From: a virus
Length of the DNA: 37,103 nt
Virus genome (UHGV): UHGV-0194471
Strand: one strand, 5' to 3'
Shown here: in pieces, positions 1-8,557 of the stretch
Numbering within the stretch: position 1 is the first letter of the stretch
Layout: each line of letters starts with the position of its first letter
Notes under the pieces: model-generated
What the model saw: the letters and a program-made list of their open reading frames with translations, nothing else
The model's database searches: none
What the model was told of the DNA's origin: nothing
Program-made: the position numbers and the translations under genes

Positions 1-570
1 GATGCAGTAAATCCTGATAGATCCCCGTTAATATGCCATTTGGCGCAAATTGTTTTTTAATCCACTGCGTCACCTGACCGGTGGCAGAGTGCTGGGTTGC
101 GAGTAACATGCGTGAATCCTGGCGCGGGTTATGGATTTGTCGGGTAACCAGCAAGGATTGCGCCATCGCCTCACGGACCATGTAATCCGGCAAAAAACCA
201 ATTCCTTCACCTAAAATCTGGCACTGACATTTGGTGTTGAAATCGGGCACCAGAATCGATTCCTGCCCATGCAGCAACCAGCCTACTTTTTTATTAATCG
301 TATGCGCGGTGTCCTCCACCATGATATTAGGGTAGAGACGCAGCTGGCTTTCGGCGATCGGCTCCGGCACAAAGGCTAATGGGTGATCCGGGGCGATGGC
401 AAAAGCCCAGCGAATCGCGCCAATCTCCGTGTAATCAATGCCGCCACCGTCCAGCAGCGTGTCGGGTGCGCCGATAGCGATATTTGCCTGATTATTAATA
501 ATCGCATCCCAGACGCCGTTATACACTTCGGTGGTGACGGTAATCTGGCAGGTAGGAAACTGCTTTTTCA
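1..570 (-). pseudogene. 3' portion of host LysR-family regulator gene (substrate-binding domain), separated from its 5' portion by the prophage; runs off the window edge
   Basis: Minus-strand translation from 569-571 reads KKQFPTCQITVTTEVYNGVWDAIINNQANIAIG..., a LysR effector-domain pattern; it continues in frame from the N-terminal fragment at 36526..36883 (...LLQVLK | KQFP...). Confidence 0.7.
565..570. repeat. Left copy of target-site duplication (TTTTCA)
   Basis: Identical hexamer at 36526..36531; joining the two flanks restores a continuous LysR reading frame (gtg ctg aaa aag cag). Confidence 0.7.
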
Positions 571-620
571 TAATCAGTAGTGAGATAAACCCACCATCAT
601 CTGCACGATAATTATGGGAT
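571..620. repeat. Left-end terminal repeats, candidate transposase-binding sites (GAGATAAA, CGATAA)
   Basis: GATAAA sits at offset 13 from both inferred termini when the right end is reverse-complemented; CGATAA/GATAAA motifs recur at 36442..36525. Confidence 0.4.
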
Positions 621-676
621 TAGATGGGGTGAGGTGAGTTTTAACGGGACGATTTCTGTAATTGCTTTTCAGATAC

Positions 677-711
677 TGAAACGAGGCCAACATCATTACG
701 ACCTCGTTTCA
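677..711. other. 10-bp inverted repeat (TGAAACGAGG / CCTCGTTTCA, 15-nt loop) just beyond the mor-like stop
   Basis: Read directly in sequence; no clear U-run on the minus-strand transcript, so terminator function is uncertain. Confidence 0.4.
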
Positions 712-715
712 TTAA

Positions 716-1096
716 TCACTTCCGGGGTGATTTTACTGCTTCAGGTTCATCAATGATAGAGAATAATGGGAGCTGTCGGCGGGCGCTTTCAGAACGCTGG
801 ATCTTTTTCACCACTTTGTAGATCCACTGCAAAGTCAGGTTGTACTTCTTCGCCAGTTCGCGGTAGTTGCGTCCATCACACTCCTGCCAGATTTTATAGT
901 CCCGCGCCGATGTCATGAAGACCATGCCTTTGGGCAGGTAAATGGTTTGTCCGCCCCATGCCTGCATCATGTGATTAGCCACAGCGACGGCAATCTGTTC
1001 AGCGATATCATCTTCCATTCCAACCATTTCTTTCAATGTGTTTGCGACGTGGTGCGCAAGGTCAGCAAAGATTTCTGGCTGTTGCGGTTCTTTCAT
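716..1096 (-). CDS. Mor/C-family transcriptional activator (middle/late gene activator)
   Basis: C-terminal HTH pattern ...YLPKG...DYKIWQECDGRNYRELAKKYNLTLQWIYKVVKK typical of Mu Mor/C; start moved to the internal ATG preceded by GGGAGGGG, which overlaps the upstream stop as ATGA. Confidence 0.7.
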   Translation of the reverse strand: MKEPQQPEIFADLAHHVANTLKEMVGMEDDIAEQIAVAVANHMMQAWGGQTIYLPKGMVFMTSARDYKIWQECDGRNYRELAKKYNLTLQWIYKVVKKIQRSESARRQLPLFSIIDEPEAVKSPRK

Positions 1097-1497
1097 CTTC
1101 CCCTCCCGACACGTGCCAGCCATTTTTTCAGTTGTTCAATCACCTGGCTGGCCTGCTGATTGTTAAGCCACTCCAGCCGGGCGACGCCTGTCTGGCGTTG
1201 TACGAACTTATTTAACGCCGACAAACTGCCATCTCTGACCGTACCGCTGGAAGTCAGTTCCTGCCATAACGCGCGGATCATCGCAGACTGCTTATCATAG
1301 GAAGGAGGCTCTTTAGATGTGACTTTGAAGCCCTGTTTTTTCATCACAGCGAAAGCCTTAGCCAGTTGTGAGTCGCTCATTACCCGTAACGATTCACTGC
1401 CGCAGTGTGTTTTAAGTAATTGTCGATACGTAGCCTCATCCAGTCGCAGCTCTCGCCGGGCAACATGGATAACCCGCAATAATTGTGCTCTGTTCAT
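1093..1497 (-). CDS. GemA-like protein (Mu gp16 family)
   Basis: 134 aa, MNRAQLLRVIHVARRELRLDEATYRQLL... resembles Mu GemA; sits directly upstream of the mor-like gene as in Mu. Confidence 0.6.
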   Translation of the reverse strand: MNRAQLLRVIHVARRELRLDEATYRQLLKTHCGSESLRVMSDSQLAKAFAVMKKQGFKVTSKEPPSYDKQSAMIRALWQELTSSGTVRDGSLSALNKFVQRQTGVARLEWLNNQQASQVIEQLKKWLARVGRGR

Positions 1498-1551
1498 TCA
1501 TTCCTCCGTGAGGCGGTTATGACAGGCACAACCGCTGGATAATCAATGTGG

Positions 1552-1845
1552 CTACACGTCACCACATTGGCAGATCCCAACCATCCTTACGGTTAATACC
1601 GATGGCTCATTTGCGGGAGATATGCAGCTTTTATCGAGGCAGTAATCTTTGCCACGAGATCGGACAACCGCTGAATCATTATTGACGCTGGTTATTTTCC
1701 CTGTTTTTGTCGTTATTCTGATGCGAGTGTTACGGGCGCTCATAGATACTTGCTGCCAGGCAAAACTCACTTTGTCGCCAATGCGAAACGGTACTTCTTT
1801 CTCGGCATATTTCCCGCAGGCCGGGCATTTAACAAACATCATCAT
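1552..1845 (-). CDS. Small zinc-ribbon protein (CxxC...CxC), function unknown
   Basis: ORF with paired Cys motifs (KCPACG ... CQCG) in the early operon. Confidence 0.5.
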   Translation of the reverse strand: MMMFVKCPACGKYAEKEVPFRIGDKVSFAWQQVSMSARNTRIRITTKTGKITSVNNDSAVVRSRGKDYCLDKSCISPANEPSVLTVRMVGICQCGDV

Positions 1846-2107
1846 TTACTACCCCCAACCATTCAGCCAGTCGCGCCAGCTTTTTCGCTTTGCGATAATC
1901 GATTAGCTTTTCCATACCGTTCTGCCGGAACTGTTCGATCATGATTTCCACATCAGCCATTTCATCCGCCAGCACAGCTTCGTCACAGAAGCCTGTCAAA
2001 CCACGCGCGGTTGCGGCGCTGAGTTCGGCTGCTTCCTCGGCTAGCTTCGCCAGTTGTTTCTCCGGCCCCCACTTGCGTAAGGCTGCACGGTAGATAAGCG
2101 TTTTCAT
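1829..2107 (-). CDS. MazG-like nucleotide pyrophosphohydrolase domain protein
   Basis: 92 aa with EEAAELS ... DEMADVEIMIEQ pattern resembling the small all-alpha MazG/NTP-PPase fold. Confidence 0.45.
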   Translation of the reverse strand: MKTLIYRAALRKWGPEKQLAKLAEEAAELSAATARGLTGFCDEAVLADEMADVEIMIEQFRQNGMEKLIDYRKAKKLARLAEWLGVVNDDVC

Positions 2108-2313
2108 GCGCCTACCTCCGTTGCCGGGGTTAATTCCATAGTGGGAATAAAGGCGTTATAAGCCTGCTCGCAGTGCGGACAGAGCAAAATTAAATTTACG
2201 CACCACTCCTTATATTCATCAGTCTGCAATAAGCTTGCTTGTTGAAAATCCAGTTCAGTGACTTCTTTTTTGCAGTACACACATTTAATCGTCGCCATCT
2301 CACACCCCCGCAA
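2104..2313 (-). CDS. Small zinc-ribbon protein (CxxC x2), function unknown
   Basis: 69 aa with CVYCKK ... CPHCEQ; overlaps neighbouring genes in an operon-like arrangement. Confidence 0.5.
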   Translation of the reverse strand: MRGCEMATIKCVYCKKEVTELDFQQASLLQTDEYKEWCVNLILLCPHCEQAYNAFIPTMELTPATEVGA

Positions 2314-2917
2314 TATTCAGCACGACAGGCTGGTATTTATCGCTATCACCGACACGCTGATAAACCCGCACGTAACTTGTTGAGTTCACCACCTGCACCG
2401 ACTCGCCAATGGCCTCCATTGCCTTCAGCCAGCGTGGGTCGGTAATTTCATAGCGGCGCAGCGCCAGTACGCGCCCGGTGGAGATGTTGCCCTCTTTATC
2501 TTCTGCGAATGATTTCTCCACGATGACCTTCAGCTCTGGCGTGGCCTGTGCCGTCCACTCATGCAGGCACTCATCAATCAAGTTACGGGCGGCTTGTAAC
2601 CGTTCATCAAAGGCGATGTTTTCGGCAATCTGGCGCTGGATCTTGTAGCGACCATCAAATGAATGCAGGGTGATGTTGCCTTTCTTGCCTCCGGGGCGGG
2701 CATCATATTGTTCAACGGACAAATCAATAAACGCCTGTATATCGCCAAAACAGCGGTTTTTAAACTCAAGTAATTCAGCATTCATTTTCATTGCGTCGGC
2801 GACGATCTCCTTTACCAGCGCATCGCGTGCGCGGTCAATGGGCTTGATCATAGACTCGGGAACCAGACAACCTTTGGCGTCCTGCCAGTAACCTGCGGGG
2901 ATAGTTTTTTCAGTCAT
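2300..2917 (-). CDS. Conserved early-region protein of Mu-like phages (possibly DUF3164-type), function unknown
   Basis: 205-aa ORF directly downstream of the B-like gene; family name is from memory only. Confidence 0.45.
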   Translation of the reverse strand: MTEKTIPAGYWQDAKGCLVPESMIKPIDRARDALVKEIVADAMKMNAELLEFKNRCFGDIQAFIDLSVEQYDARPGGKKGNITLHSFDGRYKIQRQIAENIAFDERLQAARNLIDECLHEWTAQATPELKVIVEKSFAEDKEGNISTGRVLALRRYEITDPRWLKAMEAIGESVQVVNSTSYVRVYQRVGDSDKYQPVVLNIAGV

Positions 2918-2988
2918 AAAATAGTCTCCAGGGTGATTTCAGGGTGTGCGAAGCCTGCCGGGTTGACGGCATTTTTCTGCGACCTGAA

Positions 2989-3117
2989 TTAATTAAATAA
3001 GGCTATGAATATAAAAATCAGTGTAGTTATAGCGCTGGCCCATAATACAAAACGGTCAGCCAGCGATATCTTGCGGTATTGCATCACGTCCTTTCCGGTT
3101 AATTTGTGAAATACCAT
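2989..3117 (-). CDS. Candidate 42-aa hydrophobic peptide (not in the supplied ORF track)
   Basis: ATG at 3117 preceded by AAAGGAG 8 nt upstream; translation MVFHKLTGKDVMQYRKISLADRFVLWASAITTLIFIFIALFN has one predicted transmembrane helix; fills a 200-bp gap. Confidence 0.3.
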   Translation of the reverse strand: MVFHKLTGKDVMQYRKISLADRFVLWASAITTLIFIFIALFN

Positions 3118-3119
3118 TT

Positions 3120-4244
3120 TCACACTCCTTTAATCACATCCGCATTCACCACCGGCACGCCGATATCAGCGGCCAGATTCATTGCGGCGATAACCAGATT
3201 CCCCAGCGCCAGCGGATAAAGCAGACTGACGTCACCGCGTCGGGATGAATTACATAATCGGGCGCGGATAGCATCGGCGGTGCTATCATCCAGCACCTCG
3301 GAAACACCTTTCCCGGTACGCTGAAATTTGAACGCCAGAAACGCTTCCAGATAGTTATCCAGCGGCAGCAGTTCGACGACCTCGCAGCGCTGTACCACTT
3401 CGCGCACCTCCTGATTACGTTCAGAAAGTTTCAGCTTTAGCTCCGGCTGGCCAATCAACACCACCGACAGCAGCTTTTTAAAGCCGTCCTCCAGCTCAAA
3501 GAACCGCTTCAAATGCTTGAGCGTCGGCACCGGTAGCGAGTGCGCCTCTTCAATAACCAGACAATGTGAGAACCCGGCGCGGGCCGACTCTTTCAGCACC
3601 CGGTGCAACTGGCGGTAACGGGCCTCCTGCGAGCGTTTGACGTTCTCCAGCGGTGCGATGGTGTTGATGATGGCCTCGGCAATCGACGCCGCTTTCAGAG
3701 TTTTGCCTTTGGCGTCGTTGTCTTCCATCGCAATGATGTACGGTTCGATGAGGATAACTGGCGCGTTTTCACGGTTGATGCGATCAGCCAGGTCACGGCG
3801 TAGCGTGGTTTTCCCTGCGCCGGATTCGCCAACTACGGCGATAAATCCGCCATGTCGCGCGGTCTGATACAGTGCTTCACGCACGTAGCGGATATCTGGC
3901 GTGGTGAACACGTCGTCCGCACTCTGCATAACCTCATCGGCGAACGGGTCGCGGAACAACCCAAAATGCTTCTTCGCCGCTGGATTTAATACCTGTTTTG
4001 CCAGTAACATATTTTCGTCCTCACTGGATGATGTACCGGTGCAGGCGGTGGCCGCCGTCTGCGCCTCCTTCAGTTCAATACCTTTTTCTGCAAAAAATGT
4101 GCTGATGCGCTCCCGTAGTTCTTCTGTTTTCGGCCACAGGCCGTGATTAACCATCTGCGCGATAACCGCTGCGGAAACTCCGGTAGCCTGTGCTACTGCT
4201 GCCTGAGTGATGCCACGCTGGCGCAACTGTTGTTTAATCTGCAT
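3120..4244 (-). CDS. MuB-like transposition ATPase / target DNA activator
   Basis: N-terminal HTH, Walker A GESGAGKT and Walker B-like HCLVIEEAH; lies immediately downstream of the transposase as in Mu A-B. Confidence 0.8.
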   Translation of the reverse strand: MQIKQQLRQRGITQAAVAQATGVSAAVIAQMVNHGLWPKTEELRERISTFFAEKGIELKEAQTAATACTGTSSSEDENMLLAKQVLNPAAKKHFGLFRDPFADEVMQSADDVFTTPDIRYVREALYQTARHGGFIAVVGESGAGKTTLRRDLADRINRENAPVILIEPYIIAMEDNDAKGKTLKAASIAEAIINTIAPLENVKRSQEARYRQLHRVLKESARAGFSHCLVIEEAHSLPVPTLKHLKRFFELEDGFKKLLSVVLIGQPELKLKLSERNQEVREVVQRCEVVELLPLDNYLEAFLAFKFQRTGKGVSEVLDDSTADAIRARLCNSSRRGDVSLLYPLALGNLVIAAMNLAADIGVPVVNADVIKGV

Positions 4245-4253
4245 AACTCCCCC

Positions 4254-6008
4254 TTAACCGCCGACTACGTTCAGTTGCACTCGGGCGGTAAGCTGCTGCG
4301 CGGCGGCGTCCAGTTCTTCTTCCGCCACGCCTTCTGGCCAGCGTTTCACCAGTTCCTGATACAGTGCGACGTTCCATTCCGGCAACCGTGCTTTCAGCGC
4401 CTTCGCCGCCTCGACGTGAGTCAGACGCCGGGCTTCAACGCGTGGAGCGCGTACCGGGGAATCCTGACCACGACGCGGCAGGAACGCGGGCAGTTCGCTG
4501 TCGGTGATGGGTTTATACGGGTCAAGCCTGCCGCCGAACGGCAGCGCCTTCGCTTTACGCGCCGCAGCCGCGTCCGTCTCGTTATCTGTTCCGGTAACAA
4601 TCTGCTCAATCTGTTTAGCCGCAGTCTGCGCGGGTGTATCGGCGTGGCGCTTGTGATTCTGGCCCAGCACCGCCGCGCCTTCGGCAAAGCCGTATTCGTC
4701 CTTGCGGACTTCCTCCACCAGGTGAAAATACTCGTGGCCATCGTCACCGATGAGCACTACCTGCGCGGCATCGCTGCGCCACGGATTGCGGGTGATCATC
4801 AGTTTTTCACCCACCATCACATCTGGCACGGTGGAGACGTCGTATTCCGTACCCTGAAACGACACGCGCAGCTTCGGCGTTATCTTGCGGCTTTCCGGCG
4901 CGGCAACAGCCAGTTCGCGGCAGACCTCCACCGATGGCGCTTTGATAAGCTGCTGCGCGGTGATGGTCATCCAGACGTTACTACGCGACTTGCCGTGGCG
5001 GGTGTGAATCGCGGTGGCGTTGAAGTGCTGCCGCCACAGGCGCGCTTTGGCGTTCAGTTCCTCCAGGCTGTGAACCGGCTGGAACTTCAGCCCCGGTTCA
5101 AAGCGGCGTTCGATAATGTCGCGCGCCTTTTCCACCTGCCCGGTGGCGCGGGCGTTGTGGGCTTTATGCGCCACCACGTCAATGCCCAGCGAACGACAGA
5201 GGTTCTTCGTCATAGCGGCGGTGTTGGCCGAGCCGGGGTCGAGATACAACATATGCGGCACGCCGTGGAGCACATCCGCGCCGCCGCGCTCCTGCATGGC
5301 ATTGATGAGAACGGAACAGAGATTTTCGCCAGACTCCGCCCCCATCACGTATTCAACGTAGATCCAGCCGCTGGTATGGTCGGTCAGTTCATAGCTCCAT
5401 ACCCGGTCACTGGCGATACGTTGCAGGTTCTTCGGCTTGTTTTTGTAGAACGTCGCGCTGTCCATCACCTGTAACCCGCGCTGGCCGTTGCTGAGGTAGT
5501 ACAGCGTGCAGAGCGAGGCGTCGATTTCCCAGACGTGATTGGGGTGCAGACTGGCAAGCTCCGTCACTGGCGCGGGCTGGCTGAGTTGATCCGGGTGCAG
5601 GCCGTAGCCACGCAGCGCCCGGATGATGGTGCTTTCTGACAATGGCACCCACTCGCCGCTTTCCTCATCCAGCCGCCCGGCGTCAATCTCGCCGTTGGCG
5701 CGTAACATCTCCACGGCATCAATGACGGAATACAGGCGCTTGCCGTTCTTACGGGTGGCTTCCGTCAGCGTAGCGGAAATCATCACCGCCTCATCGCGGG
5801 TCAGCGCGGTTTTTCCGGCGTCGGTGCGGCGCTTGCGTTTATCGGTCACGGCAACCTCCTTTATTCTGCGTAACAGCGTGGCGCGGGACAGGCCAAGTTC
5901 CGCGCAGGCGGCAGTGTAGATTGCGCCGCGTGCGCCATGCCCGGCCTGCCGTGCAGCCTGAGCAACAGCAACTAAGCGTTCGGTCATGACGGCGCTCATG
6001 GTCAGCAT
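4254..6008 (-). CDS. Mu-family DDE transposase
   Basis: 584 aa with an integrase-type catalytic core (candidate DDE residues in WEIDAS, YLDPGS, QVEKARDIIERRFE); position upstream of the B-like ATPase. Confidence 0.8.
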   Translation of the reverse strand: MLTMSAVMTERLVAVAQAARQAGHGARGAIYTAACAELGLSRATLLRRIKEVAVTDKRKRRTDAGKTALTRDEAVMISATLTEATRKNGKRLYSVIDAVEMLRANGEIDAGRLDEESGEWVPLSESTIIRALRGYGLHPDQLSQPAPVTELASLHPNHVWEIDASLCTLYYLSNGQRGLQVMDSATFYKNKPKNLQRIASDRVWSYELTDHTSGWIYVEYVMGAESGENLCSVLINAMQERGGADVLHGVPHMLYLDPGSANTAAMTKNLCRSLGIDVVAHKAHNARATGQVEKARDIIERRFEPGLKFQPVHSLEELNAKARLWRQHFNATAIHTRHGKSRSNVWMTITAQQLIKAPSVEVCRELAVAAPESRKITPKLRVSFQGTEYDVSTVPDVMVGEKLMITRNPWRSDAAQVVLIGDDGHEYFHLVEEVRKDEYGFAEGAAVLGQNHKRHADTPAQTAAKQIEQIVTGTDNETDAAAARKAKALPFGGRLDPYKPITDSELPAFLPRRGQDSPVRAPRVEARRLTHVEAAKALKARLPEWNVALYQELVKRWPEGVAEEELDAAAQQLTARVQLNVVGG

Positions 6009-6301
6009 CCTTCCGGTAGTTCGGGAACTAACATCCAGTGGGTGATCTGTTTTGCCGGGTACGTTTCACTGGTGCAGTGAAACTCGCCATCAATATAGTT
6101 AGCGGTTTCCACGCCGTAGCCATCACAGACCAGCACAAGGTCATAGTCACCAGGCAGTTGTGCGTCAGTGGCTATCCACGGTGAGGCCAGCGCATCCTTA
6201 AAAGCGACTCTCAGCAGTCGGCCACCGAGGATATCGGCGTTAAAGTGGTAACTCGGCTCCTGCGGAGCCTTAGCGAAATCAATAACTAATGTGCGGATCA
6301 T
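6002..6301 (-). CDS. Hypothetical early protein
   Basis: 99-aa ORF whose stop overlaps the transposase start; no family recognised. Confidence 0.45.
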   Translation of the reverse strand: MIRTLVIDFAKAPQEPSYHFNADILGGRLLRVAFKDALASPWIATDAQLPGDYDLVLVCDGYGVETANYIDGEFHCTSETYPAKQITHWMLVPELPEGC

Positions 6302-7233
6302 GCGGCGTTCTCCTTATCGGTGGTCATCCAGTCCGGGCGTTCGATTTTAGGCGTGGGGTTTGTTACCCACTCCGGCGCGGCGTCACTGCGTGGTTCGACA
6401 GCAAGGCCAAACTCTTCACGCAGATAAACGGTGGCGCTGTCAATCTGGCATAACAGCCCGGTCATAAAGGCGTGAGGGTGCGTCTGAACCAGTGCCGAAT
6501 GATGTTGATTCAGGACGGTAAAAGCTTCGTGGAGCTTGCCGCGAATAATGGCCTCGGCTTCGAAGGCAATAGCCATGACTTCCTTGCGCAACTGCTCGTC
6601 CTCCACATCCGGGGGCGGCGGCGCGATGCGGGATTTTTTGGCAAGCTGGGTGGAGAGGTTGTCGATTTTGCTGTTCTTGTCAGCCAGAACGCGGCGCTGG
6701 GCGTCGGCGTCCTCGCGAGCTTCACGCAGGGCGGCGCGGAGTTCGCGACTGGTCATACGGTCGATATCGTCGAGGGTTAGCCCGGCAACGGTGCCGCCTT
6801 CGGTCAGGGCAGTGAGTTCGTCGTCATCTTCTGCCATTAACTCGAATAGTTTGGTTTTACCCAAATGTGCCAGCGCTGGCATATTTGATTTCAGCGCTGG
6901 AGATAAATATTTGGTTGATGCCTGCATCATCCTTACTGACGTGCGATATGGTAAGCCCAGTTCCTTTTCAATAAGTTCGATAAACTCCCCATGCGGCTCA
7001 TTCTCTTTCAGAATCACCAGGCGCTTACCCGCTTCCAGCATTGCCTCGGCGCTCTGCGACATATAAAACCGAGCCTCATGCACCACTCGGTCGCGCTCAT
7101 ACGGAAGGCCGTCGCCGAACTGCTGCATAATTTCGATGCGGTGTTCCGCCAGCGCGTTCAGGCTGACGTTCAGTTCAGTGTTCAGCGGTGCGTCCGGCAC
7201 CAGTTCAACAGGTGGTGATTTTTGACGTGCCAT
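6298..7233 (-). CDS. Hypothetical early protein (311 aa)
   Basis: Long ORF in the early operon with charged helical segments and a proline stretch; no family confidently recognised. Confidence 0.5.
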   Translation of the reverse strand: MARQKSPPVELVPDAPLNTELNVSLNALAEHRIEIMQQFGDGLPYERDRVVHEARFYMSQSAEAMLEAGKRLVILKENEPHGEFIELIEKELGLPYRTSVRMMQASTKYLSPALKSNMPALAHLGKTKLFELMAEDDDELTALTEGGTVAGLTLDDIDRMTSRELRAALREAREDADAQRRVLADKNSKIDNLSTQLAKKSRIAPPPPDVEDEQLRKEVMAIAFEAEAIIRGKLHEAFTVLNQHHSALVQTHPHAFMTGLLCQIDSATVYLREEFGLAVEPRSDAAPEWVTNPTPKIERPDWMTTDKENAA

Positions 7234-7244
7234 TAACTTGCTCC

Positions 7245-7544
7245 TTAGCGACTGCCAGCCAGCAACCGCTGATTCATTTCATTCAGCCTGTCCTGAGCGC
7301 GTGTGACTTCCGTCGCGTGGGCGTGGGCGATTTGCAGCATCGCCATACTCATGGCGAAGCGCCCATTTTCCAGCCGTTGTACCAGTCCCTCTTCGATCAG
7401 AGTGTCAGCGGCGCGGGTGATATTGGCCGGGGATTCATGCAACGCCGCCGCCAATTCGCCATTGGACAACCCAGTGAGCGAGTAGCCTTTCAGGGCTTTG
7501 AGTACGCGCAGGATACGTGCGCCGGAAGTAGAGGTGGGTTTCAT
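7245..7544 (-). CDS. Putative winged-helix DNA-binding protein
   Basis: ARILRVLKALKGYSLTGLSNGELAAALHESPANITRAADTLIEEGLVQRLENGRF resembles an IclR/MarR-type N-terminal HTH. Confidence 0.45.
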   Translation of the reverse strand: MKPTSTSGARILRVLKALKGYSLTGLSNGELAAALHESPANITRAADTLIEEGLVQRLENGRFAMSMAMLQIAHAHATEVTRAQDRLNEMNQRLLAGSR

Positions 7545-7780
7545 GCATGCATCTCCAGTGGTTGGACATGGCGGCTGATGTAGTGGTCAGAACAGGTGAT
7601 GTTGCCTGGATCGTCCGGGCCGTTCAGCCCGGCAAACTCATCAACCAGAAATACGCTATATGCGGATAATCCCTGCTGACGCGGAACGCGGCGAATAAAC
7701 GTGCCGTGGTATGGAGTTGATTGGCCAAATGAGGGCGTAATCAGTACGCGCTGGCTGGGGGTTAAATCGGTAGGTTTCAT
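7541..7780 (-). CDS. Hypothetical early protein
   Basis: 79-aa ORF overlapping its neighbour's start/stop. Confidence 0.4.
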   Translation of the reverse strand: MKPTDLTPSQRVLITPSFGQSTPYHGTFIRRVPRQQGLSAYSVFLVDEFAGLNGPDDPGNITCSDHYISRHVQPLEMHA

Positions 7781-7790
7781 TGCGCTCTCC

Positions 7791-8027
7791 TTAGTTAGGT
7801 TCGTGCAGGATGCCCGGCACGATCTCTTTGCCGATGGTGCGGGACAGCTCTTTCAGAATGCGAAACGTCAGCCGTCCACGCGGCAAATCCTGTTTACCCG
7901 CCCAGCGATCAACAGCTTGCGTAACCGTCCGGGGTTCGTAGCCGGTACTGATGGCGAACTGGCGAAAGTTGCTGCCCTGCTCAATCAGTCGCGCGTGGAT
8001 TTGGTGTTTGTTCATTAGTTTGTTCAT
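7791..8027 (-). CDS. Ner-like DNA-binding protein (early-operon regulator)
   Basis: 78 aa, resembles Mu Ner/Nlp family (…FAISTGYEPRTVTQAVDRW…); first gene of the leftward operon, divergent from the repressor; GAGGGAA precedes the ATG. Confidence 0.65.
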   Translation of the reverse strand: MNKLMNKHQIHARLIEQGSNFRQFAISTGYEPRTVTQAVDRWAGKQDLPRGRLTFRILKELSRTIGKEIVPGILHEPN

Positions 8028-8108
8028 TTGTTCCCTCTGAGCTATTATGTACTCAATTGGGTTTATTGTACGTACTCAAACGGGCAAGTCAACGACTAAT
8101 ATGCACAA
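8028..8108. promoter_or_regulatory. Divergent early/repressor promoter-operator region
   Basis: 81-bp AT-rich spacer between divergent ner-like and repressor genes with direct repeats GTACTCAA (twice) and TTGTAC. Confidence 0.5.
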
Positions 8109-8519
8109 ATGAACATAAAAGAAAGACTCAAAAAAATACTCGCTGACAAAGCGTTATCAATCACTGATGCTGCCGCACAGTGCGATATCCCATATCGTTC
8201 TCTACAAAACTATCTGCGTGGCGAGCGAGAACCAAATGCGGAGGCATTGATCTCAATAGGTACCCATTTGGGTATAAATATTGATTGGCTGCTCACCGGC
8301 AGAGGAGGAATGTATCTGTCTGAACATGCGGATGTTTTGACTGAGCAGCCGGAATACAGCCATGCCGATTTGAAGTTACTGGAATTTTTGAATCAGTTGG
8401 AACCGGATGTACGAAAGGATTTGTTACGCAGTGCTGAAGAAAAACAGCGAGTGGCCGCCCTAGAAAAAAGATTAGAGGAATTGGCTTTAGAACTCGAAAG
8501 CCTAAAACGTTCGGCGTAA
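8109..8519 (+). CDS. Putative prophage repressor, HTH XRE/cI-like
   Basis: N-terminal HTH (…LSITDAAAQCDIPYRSLQNYLRGEREPNAEALISIGTHLGINIDWLLTG) plus C-terminal coiled coil; divergent from the early operon. Confidence 0.65.
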   Translation: MNIKERLKKILADKALSITDAAAQCDIPYRSLQNYLRGEREPNAEALISIGTHLGINIDWLLTGRGGMYLSEHADVLTEQPEYSHADLKLLEFLNQLEPDVRKDLLRSAEEKQRVAALEKRLEELALELESLKRSA

Positions 8520-8557
8520 AGTGTTCTCATTAAGAACAAAACATGAAGGACTATGTT

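Noticed and set aside
383-580. 65-aa plus-strand ORF
   Set aside because: Antisense to the LysR C-terminal fragment, whose translation shows clear family features.
677-711. Left-end hairpin as an intrinsic terminator for the leftward early operon
   Set aside because: On the minus-strand transcript the stem is followed by GUAUCUGAAAAG rather than a U-run; kept only as an inverted repeat of unknown role.
4143-5474. 443-aa plus-strand ORF
   Set aside because: Lies entirely antisense to the transposase gene; Arg/Gly-rich low-complexity translation typical of a GC-rich antisense frame; no RBS.
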